DNA from: Rhodospirillaceae bacterium
GTDB taxonomy: Bacteria; Pseudomonadota; Gammaproteobacteria; Steroidobacterales; Rariloculaceae
Direction: 5' to 3'
Assembly (NCBI GenBank): GCA_002718345.1
Contig: PBDA01000017.1
Location: 17,884 to 81,883, forward strand
DNA length: 64,000 nt
Positions 27,627-34,414 of this stretch are shown piece by piece. Within the stretch, counting starts at the first letter, position 1. Every line of letters starts with the position of its first letter. The notes under the pieces were generated by a model. The model saw nothing but the letters and a program-made list of their open reading frames with translations. It was not told the DNA's origin and made no database searches. Made by a program: the position numbers and the translations under genes.

Positions 27627-28567
27627 TGCCTTTGCTCCCAAGCTATTTTTAGCTGTCTTGCTTCTGCGCCCGTAATACCCGGGTAAAGCATGTAGCCATT
27701 ATTTAGAAATAGTCTCATTTGTTCCTTATTGTTTTCATAGCATGCTTCCTCCCAGATCTCTGGGTTTTCATCAGCATCTCTCCTGAAAGCAAAAGCAACG
27801 GTAAAAGGCCGTTTATAAACATTTGGATCCTCAAATGTTGCTGAGTAGTGAATTGTATTGTGATCTACCAGAGTCATTCGTTCAGTAATTGTTGCTTCCT
27901 CAGTTATAAAATGCCCTCTTTGGTCTAGTAGGTATTTAGCATTATGGTTTGGGGAATTGATGATTAATGTGTTCCCATCCCAATGACCTCTAGGATCACC
28001 ATTCCACATTAATATTTCAGCAGCATGAGGTCGTCCATCTAGAGGGATAATTCGGTATGGATGGGCAGTCAGTTGTTCTCCTACCATAATTAGGTATTGG
28101 TCATCTTGCTGGAACTGAAACCGACTAGTCATATACATTGTCCCTGCTGGTCCAGACAAAAAGCATGCAGCATTGTGGTGCAAGTAACGCTCTGCATTTT
28201 CTATACTTTTTTCTTTTGCCCAAGGTTGTATGGGGATTTTTCCATCTGGAGGATCTACTATTCCGCTAGTCCCGCCGAAATCATCTGCAGTCACTGGATG
28301 GGCTTCAAAATCTTCAAAAATCCATGCTCGACGTCGCCAATAGCCGCTGAAGTCAGGCCGATTATCTGCAGTTGTGAGCTGGGGCCTCAAGGCGGCTGCT
28401 TTGATTGCGCATGCATGGAAAATTGCATGTTCATTGCTTTGACAAATAGAGTTTTCAAAGCTTCCAAGAGAATTAATTTGACTAGAGACAGGCTGTAAAG
28501 ACAGCAGCAATATAGTAATAACTTGAGAAATTAATGGTATTGAAATTTTTAATTTAAATCGGTCCAT
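27623..28567 (-). CDS. Secreted family X protein (314 aa)
   Basis: Signal peptide, PDFSGYW, AACFLSGPAG, GHWDGNTLIINS, ITERMT..YSATFEDPNVYKRPF and EEAC. Confidence 0.6.
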   Translation of the reverse strand: MDRFKLKISIPLISQVITILLLSLQPVSSQINSLGSFENSICQSNEHAIFHACAIKAAALRPQLTTADNRPDFSGYWRRRAWIFEDFEAHPVTADDFGGTSGIVDPPDGKIPIQPWAKEKSIENAERYLHHNAACFLSGPAGTMYMTSRFQFQQDDQYLIMVGEQLTAHPYRIIPLDGRPHAAEILMWNGDPRGHWDGNTLIINSPNHNAKYLLDQRGHFITEEATITERMTLVDHNTIHYSATFEDPNVYKRPFTVAFAFRRDADENPEIWEEACYENNKEQMRLFLNNGYMLYPGITGAEARQLKIAWEQRQ

Positions 28568-28640
28568 TCAAGTTTTTGAGAAACAGATATATAAAATTTA
28601 GTTAGCTAAAACTTTTCGTCCATAAATTGTGAGTTGAAGT

Positions 28641-29849
28641 TTATTGGCGGTCCTGAATTAATTTAACTTGTTCATTAAAATTATCAGCTACTTCTTCCAT
28701 TGCTTCTATTCGTCTATTGTAATAGGAAGTTAGAAGTGCTGTTTCCTCTTTTCTTAATTCTCCCTCATCGATAAGTTCTGATAGACATTCAAGTTGTATA
28801 TTGGTACTTGCTACAAAATTACGAATCTCGGTCTGACCAATTATCATTTCTTCAATTGATGCTGATCTTCCGTCAGGCATAACTGGTATTGCTTCAGGAG
28901 TGCAGTGACCAGCAATCTCTTGAAGGCTAGGCATCATTGCTTGTGTGGCTTGGTTTTCCTCAGGATCTGGCACTATCGACAAGTATATTTTAAGAGCACT
29001 TGCATACCTAGGGTGAACATCTTTAGCTACACGCAAGTATTCCTCAAGAGAAGCTAGTGCCCTAGTTTCGTTTAAATTAGTTACCGCTGCTTCAGCTTCA
29101 ATAACTAATAGATCTGGGTTCATTGCACCACAGACATTTCTCATTTGCTGCGCCCAGAATAAAACAGCGGTTGAATCACCAGAGTCCAGTGCCGTTTGAA
29201 TTTCTGACCTAATTAAATCGGACCGTTCTGGAGGAGAAATATCACCATAGCGTTCCTCTTCGAGCCGAGTAACAGAATTTATTGAAATAAGCGGGTCAGG
29301 CACATCTGCAGGGAATACTCCACTAGGCCCAGTAGGAAGTTCTGCAATAGCATCAATAACTGAAATGCCTTCAATTACTTGTCCAAAGACAGTGTAACCA
29401 AGTTCTCGTCGAGTGGCATTGAGATCTTCGTTGTCACTTAGATTAATGAAGAATTGTGAAGACGCAGAATCAGGATCACTTGTTCTAGCTGCTGCTATAG
29501 TGCCACGCTCATTCTTGCGCTGATTCCGAGACTCATTTACAACAGGTGTTCTCGGTCTTTTTCCTCTCAAGTCTTTGTCAAAACCACCGCCTTGGACAAC
29601 AAACCCAGCTATAACTCGATGGAAAACTGTTCCGCCGTAAAATCCACGGTCTGTGTAATTAAGAAAATTTGCAACGTGTTGTGGTGCGTCATCATCAAAG
29701 AGTTCAATAACTACTCTTCCTAGGTCTGTACACATTGTTATATTTGTTGCGTTTGCAAAGGAGGCCCCAAAAAACGTCACAAGTGCACACATGTAATGCT
29801 GTCTTAATCTATAAAAAGGCTTTGTCATGTAAGACCTATGTACTGTCAT
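28641..29849 (-). CDS. Secreted cyclophilin-type peptidyl-prolyl isomerase with about 200-aa C-terminal helical extension
   Basis: The PPIase core reads VVIELFDDDAPQHVANFLNY..GFYGGTVFHRVIAGFVVQGGGF..SQFFINL..YTVFGQV. About 200 further residues have no motif I recognise. The true start may be an internal ATG. Confidence 0.75.
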   Translation of the reverse strand: MTVHRSYMTKPFYRLRQHYMCALVTFFGASFANATNITMCTDLGRVVIELFDDDAPQHVANFLNYTDRGFYGGTVFHRVIAGFVVQGGGFDKDLRGKRPRTPVVNESRNQRKNERGTIAAARTSDPDSASSQFFINLSDNEDLNATRRELGYTVFGQVIEGISVIDAIAELPTGPSGVFPADVPDPLISINSVTRLEEERYGDISPPERSDLIRSEIQTALDSGDSTAVLFWAQQMRNVCGAMNPDLLVIEAEAAVTNLNETRALASLEEYLRVAKDVHPRYASALKIYLSIVPDPEENQATQAMMPSLQEIAGHCTPEAIPVMPDGRSASIEEMIIGQTEIRNFVASTNIQLECLSELIDEGELRKEETALLTSYYNRRIEAMEEVADNFNEQVKLIQDRQ

Positions 29850-29869
29850 TTCTTCGTTTTATTTTTTTA

Positions 29870-31264
29870 TTAACTACCAGCTAAGCTATTTTTAAGGGCA
29901 ATTTTTTCTCTTTCTTCAATTAATCCGCGCATCTTTCTTTGATACTCGCGGCTAATAGGGTAACGCCACATTAAGCCAATGACTATTAGGTAAGCTATAA
30001 CCGGCATGCCAACGATTAGGTAACGCAAACGCTGTAGCGCAGTACTAGTATTTTCGGCTCCCATTTCAGGCATAAAATCAAGTATTCCAAGCACTGACAT
30101 GACAATAAAAATTGCTATCCCTGATGCCATTTTGCTAGATGTTTGAAGTAGCGAATAGTAAAGTCCCATTCTTTCTGAGCCACTTTGAATGTGATCATGG
30201 TCACACACGTCTGCCATCATTGCTCTAGGCAAAAATTCATTAGCTGATGAATTAAGCCCTACTAACAAAAAAATGATTGTAGTTAAGAGTATGGCATTTG
30301 GAGGTAGTACTAGAAGTAATAATGAAGTTATAGCTCCAGTAGTCACAGCCATTTGCATTGTATTGTGCTTGTTCCAACGTTCAGACAGCCAAATCCAAAA
30401 AGGGAGCCCTAGAAGACCACCAACCAAAAGAAAAATAAGAATAAATCCTTCACTATCTTCTAGGTTCAAAGTAAAGGCCACAAAGAAAACAAACAGCGCC
30501 TGAACAAAGTAGGTTGAGAATGAAATCATAAAATTTGCTAGTAGCAAGCGTAATAACGGCATATTTTTAAAAACTACACTAGCGCCTTTCTTAAAGCCGA
30601 TATGAGACCGGTTTGCTGTCTTTCTCTCGGGGACGCTTATCAGGCAAAAAATAACAGTTACAGGTAATACGACAAACATAAACCAGCTGATAACTGAGGC
30701 GGCTTCTTCAAGGGAGGGTACATTTTCTTGCAGTTGCATTATGGCCCAGCCACCTCCAATTAGAATGCCACCAATCATTGTCATTGCTTGGAGTAAGCCG
30801 GTTATGCGTGACCTACGATCATAATCACGCGACAATTCAAGAGCCCAAGATGTATGACTAATAGTCCAAGCACTCCACCCTACATACAAAGTGGCAAGCC
30901 ACATAAATAAATAAAGTCCCCCCGCATCTTCTGGCGGGTTGTATACCATGAAAATGGCTAGCATTAGTATTGGAGCTGATAGAGCAAGCCATGGTCTGCG
31001 TCTGCCCCAGCGAGTGCTGTAGCTGTCCATAAATAGCCCCCAAAGCGGTGCGGCAGTCATGTCAACAACTTTTGCAGCAAAAAAAATAGCCCCAACAGCG
31101 GCCCCTACACCTACATGATTAGCATAAAGCGGAGGTAAAAAAACAAAAACGGCGGTTACGAGCATATTTAAACCCAAAGAAGGCAGGGAAAATCCTGTCA
31201 TTCTCAAATTAGTAGCTCGTATTTCGCTCATACCTAAGCATAGTGTGTGTTGGCTGAGAAGCAA
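29870..31264 (-). CDS. MFS transporter of the glycoside-pentoside-hexuronide (GPH) symporter type
   Basis: About 12 hydrophobic segments and a DSYSTRWGRRRPW loop typical of MelB/GPH-type carriers. The start is uncertain (ATG 31264 or 31231). Confidence 0.65.
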   Translation of the reverse strand: MLLSQHTLCLGMSEIRATNLRMTGFSLPSLGLNMLVTAVFVFLPPLYANHVGVGAAVGAIFFAAKVVDMTAAPLWGLFMDSYSTRWGRRRPWLALSAPILMLAIFMVYNPPEDAGGLYLFMWLATLYVGWSAWTISHTSWALELSRDYDRRSRITGLLQAMTMIGGILIGGGWAIMQLQENVPSLEEAASVISWFMFVVLPVTVIFCLISVPERKTANRSHIGFKKGASVVFKNMPLLRLLLANFMISFSTYFVQALFVFFVAFTLNLEDSEGFILIFLLVGGLLGLPFWIWLSERWNKHNTMQMAVTTGAITSLLLLVLPPNAILLTTIIFLLVGLNSSANEFLPRAMMADVCDHDHIQSGSERMGLYYSLLQTSSKMASGIAIFIVMSVLGILDFMPEMGAENTSTALQRLRYLIVGMPVIAYLIVIGLMWRYPISREYQRKMRGLIEEREKIALKNSLAGS

Positions 31265-31289
31265 GAAAAATTAAAAACTTTTAAAGGCC

Positions 31290-31300
31290 GCTTATAAGAG
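31290..31300. repeat. 11-bp direct repeat GCTTATAAGAG, left copy (contains palindrome CTTATAAG)
   Basis: Exact 11-mer also found at 32192-32202. The two copies flank the only plus-strand gene in this neighbourhood. Confidence 0.5.
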
Positions 31301-31341
31301 GTTTGATATGATACTGGCTACCTGATCAGTGGAAAATTATT

Positions 31342-32178
31342 ATGCCAGTTCTATTTAATTATGACGAAGTTGAACCAGTTACCATTGGAAACGGAGTAAA
31401 AAAACAAGCTTTAATCACTCCAGAGCGAGTTAAAAACGACTGTATTTTGCTTGACCGTTTTATACTTGATGAAATGGCTATTATGGAGCTTGCAGTATCT
31501 AATACTGATTTAGCTTGGTTCCAGTTGCTTGAAGGAGATGCTGTGTTAGATGGGACTGAAGGTGCCCATGATCTAACAGTTTCAAATGTTGTATTTCTTC
31601 CTCCAGGCTTTGAAGGTAATCTTTCTACTACTAAGGGGGCCGTAGCTCTTTTTGGAGGTGTGCCTGATGCGGCTCGCTTTGATAAAAATTTTGGGGAGTC
31701 TTTAGAGTTTCGCTGTATCAATTGGCGGGCAGAGCCAGCACTTTCATCTGTTCATGATGAAAGAACGAGAATATATCTTGTAACACCAACACTTTTTGGC
31801 ACTAAAGCAGTAAAGGGTGAGATGATAATTTATCCGCCGGGCACTACCGCGGCACTGCATCATCATGAAGGCGCTGAGCATTTTCAGTACATCATCAGTG
31901 GAAGTGGGACGGCAATTCTCGGAGATGAAACAGCTCCCATAAGAGCAGGTGATACGCTTTATAACTATGAGTTTGAAAAGCATAATTTTATAAACGGTGA
32001 TGAAGAAGATTTGGTTTTTGTTGAGTATTTCGTGCCAGCAGAGTGCAGCACAATTTGGGTTAATCCCGCCATCGTTTGCTCATGGGAGCCAACAGGAATG
32101 AATGTTGATGGAGGTGATCCGTCAAGACATATAGATGCACATACTTCTGCAGAGACGGTTAACCCTGAAGGAGTGTAG
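31342..32178 (+). CDS. Bicupin-domain protein
   Basis: The second cupin has the metal motif ALHHHEGAEHFQYIISGSG. The first half has a cupin-like beta pattern. No signal peptide. Confidence 0.6.
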   Translation: MPVLFNYDEVEPVTIGNGVKKQALITPERVKNDCILLDRFILDEMAIMELAVSNTDLAWFQLLEGDAVLDGTEGAHDLTVSNVVFLPPGFEGNLSTTKGAVALFGGVPDAARFDKNFGESLEFRCINWRAEPALSSVHDERTRIYLVTPTLFGTKAVKGEMIIYPPGTTAALHHHEGAEHFQYIISGSGTAILGDETAPIRAGDTLYNYEFEKHNFINGDEEDLVFVEYFVPAECSTIWVNPAIVCSWEPTGMNVDGGDPSRHIDAHTSAETVNPEGV

Positions 32179-32191
32179 CTAGATTAGGTAG

Positions 32192-32202
32192 GCTTATAAG
32201 AG
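32192..32202. repeat. 11-bp direct repeat GCTTATAAGAG, right copy
   Basis: Exact match to 31290-31300. It is followed by GGGTTGAT, versus GGTTTGAT after the left copy. Confidence 0.5.
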
Positions 32203-32229
32203 CGCAGGGTTGATGCTTACTTAAGGCAT

Positions 32230-33300
32230 CTATGCAAACTTTAGTAGTGCATCATGGATGTTTGGTCGAATTGGGACCAATTTGGTATTATCCCTGGTTG
32301 GGTGTACCCGATTTGTTAATAGAACCACAAAAAAATCTTTCTCTCTATCTATCCATAATGAGGTTCCGGTAAAACCTGTGTGACCGAAGGAAGTTGCTGA
32401 AAACAAGTTCCCGCATGAGTTTCCGGGGCTGGCCGTATCCCAACCGAGAGCTCTTGTACTGCCTGTTACTAGATTAGTCCGAGTAGTAAAGAGGCGTGTG
32501 GTTTCAGCGGTAAAAACAGTGGTGCCACCCAAAGTCCCGTCACATAAAAACAACTGAGCGAGTGGAGCTATAGCACGGGCTGTTGAGAAAAGACCGGCAT
32601 GGGCTGCTACCCCTCCAATTCCAAAAGCATTTTCGTCATGTACTGAGCCCTGTAATAGAGGGCCTCGAAAGGTGTCTTCTTCAGTAGGAGCGATTTGATT
32701 ACGAATATTTTCGTCAGGATTATATTGAATGTTGTCCATTCTAAGTGGCTTAAAAATTTCATTATTAGCTAATTGATCCAAGGGTGAGTGCATCAGCCTT
32801 TCAATAATTTCCCCTAATAGTAGAAAGCCTAAATCTGAATAGACGGTATTTGAACGGGGGGTGTAGTCTAGTGGTAACGAACAAATTTTTTTAATGTATT
32901 CTTTTTTAATATTCGAGGAGTTTTTTTGTTGAGTCAGGAGGTATAGATCTGTCCACCAACGTACCCCACTACAATGAGCAAGGAGATCTAGAACTGATAC
33001 GCTATTTTTTCTCGGCCCTGAGAATTCTGGGATATATTTTTTTACAGGTGCTTCAAGCTCTAGCAGTCCACGTTCATATAAGATCATTGCCAAGGGTGTA
33101 GTTACAATAACCTTTGTTAGAGATGCTAGATCATAAATTGTATCCGCAGTTACTGAAGGCGAATTGGGTTTATATGTTAGATGACCAAGAGCTATTTCAT
33201 CACAGACTTGGTTGCTGTTTCCGGTTAAGCATACGGCCCCAGGTGTTGCACCGAAAGAGATGGCCTCAGTTAAAAGTTGTGTTGCAATTTCAGTACCCAC
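32230..33300 (-). CDS. Serine hydrolase, class C beta-lactamase/DD-peptidase family
   Basis: SxxK motif in YDLASLTKV, a YSD-type segment (VYSDLGF) and a C-terminal HTGFTGT box. Confidence 0.8.
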   Translation of the reverse strand: MGTEIATQLLTEAISFGATPGAVCLTGNSNQVCDEIALGHLTYKPNSPSVTADTIYDLASLTKVIVTTPLAMILYERGLLELEAPVKKYIPEFSGPRKNSVSVLDLLAHCSGVRWWTDLYLLTQQKNSSNIKKEYIKKICSLPLDYTPRSNTVYSDLGFLLLGEIIERLMHSPLDQLANNEIFKPLRMDNIQYNPDENIRNQIAPTEEDTFRGPLLQGSVHDENAFGIGGVAAHAGLFSTARAIAPLAQLFLCDGTLGGTTVFTAETTRLFTTRTNLVTGSTRALGWDTASPGNSCGNLFSATSFGHTGFTGTSLWIDREKDFFVVLLTNRVHPTRDNTKLVPIRPNIHDALLKFA

Positions 33301-33305
33301 ACGTT

Positions 33306-33569
33306 TTAACGATTATCGTCCCTCAATCTGGATAGAGCCAATAGTGCTGCTGAGTTATGTGATAACTCTGGTTTTCGACTAATCTCATAGTCTATAAGTC
33401 GTTTTGCTTGGTCTTTATCTCCGTGACAGGCTCGAATCAGGTCCGCCTCTATGTTTATTCCTAACATCTTTTGATTGTGTCTTGTTAGCAATTGCGATTT
33501 TAGTTTTTGATAGCCCCAAATCATCAGAATTATTGCTAGGCCAATCCAATAAAAAGGTATTTCAGTCAT
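33306..33569 (-). CDS. Hypothetical small membrane-anchored protein
   Basis: One N-terminal TM segment (FYWIGLAIILMIWGY) followed by a charged helical tail. It is tightly packed between neighbouring genes. Confidence 0.4.
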   Translation of the reverse strand: MTEIPFYWIGLAIILMIWGYQKLKSQLLTRHNQKMLGINIEADLIRACHGDKDQAKRLIDYEISRKPELSHNSAALLALSRLRDDNR

Positions 33570-33585
33570 TTTTTCTGCTTCATGT

Positions 33586-34374
33586 TTAATGTGTCATTGC
33601 ATAAATGATGTAATTGACCGCAAAACGGTAAGCAAGAGTAGTCATTGGGTTAGGGTACCAAGGGTCATCTGCATGCTCCCATGCATCTCCCATATCCATA
33701 TTAAAGTTAATGGCTACCAGTAGCCTTCCAGAGTGATCATAGATTCCTCTCCAATGGGGAGATCCTCCTGGCAAATTAGCGCGTATTTCTCCATTGGACC
33801 CTCGATAAAGGTGACGAGCTCCTGGAATCTGAGTGTTTCTATCTAAATCGTAGAGGACGTGAAGTAATGGGTCGTCATCAGGGATTTCAATTATTGGATG
33901 TTCCGGAAAAACGCGCTTAATCATTTCAAAAAAATTTGCCCAGTCACTATTGCCATGAAAGTCATCAACAACGAGAAATCCGCCACGCATCAGGTATTCT
34001 CTAAGACGATCTGTTTCTTCAGCAGACAGGGTCCATCGTCCAACCTGTTGTGCAAAAAGCCAAGGGTGATTAAATATTCGCTCATCAAGCGTTTCTATGT
34101 GAACGCTATCATTAGCAACTTCTAGTCGTGTAAGTCTTCTGAGACCTTGTGATAGATGATCTTCAGCTTCAGGCCAATCTATGGCGTACCACGGGCGCCA
34201 ACCACCGAGCATTGCTTGTGAGCCATTTGGCATTAGCCTTGCCATATGAAACTCAGCTTCTGGGGATGTCACTTCCCAGCCTTGAGCTTTTGCTATATTT
34301 TGACTGCCTGCAAAATAGGCGAAAACAGTTAATACTAAAAACTGAACCATGCTGCGTATTGTCTTATGGCTCAT
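33586..34374 (-). CDS. DUF4159-like secreted protein
   Basis: The REYLMRGGFLVVDDFHG..W..F..VFP segment matches my recollection of DUF4159. ATG at 34374 gives a plausible signal peptide. Confidence 0.5.
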   Translation of the reverse strand: MSHKTIRSMVQFLVLTVFAYFAGSQNIAKAQGWEVTSPEAEFHMARLMPNGSQAMLGGWRPWYAIDWPEAEDHLSQGLRRLTRLEVANDSVHIETLDERIFNHPWLFAQQVGRWTLSAEETDRLREYLMRGGFLVVDDFHGNSDWANFFEMIKRVFPEHPIIEIPDDDPLLHVLYDLDRNTQIPGARHLYRGSNGEIRANLPGGSPHWRGIYDHSGRLLVAINFNMDMGDAWEHADDPWYPNPMTTLAYRFAVNYIIYAMTH

Positions 34375-34414
34375 ATGTTCCAAGTATAAGTGGCGAAATA
34401 ACACAAAATGCTTT

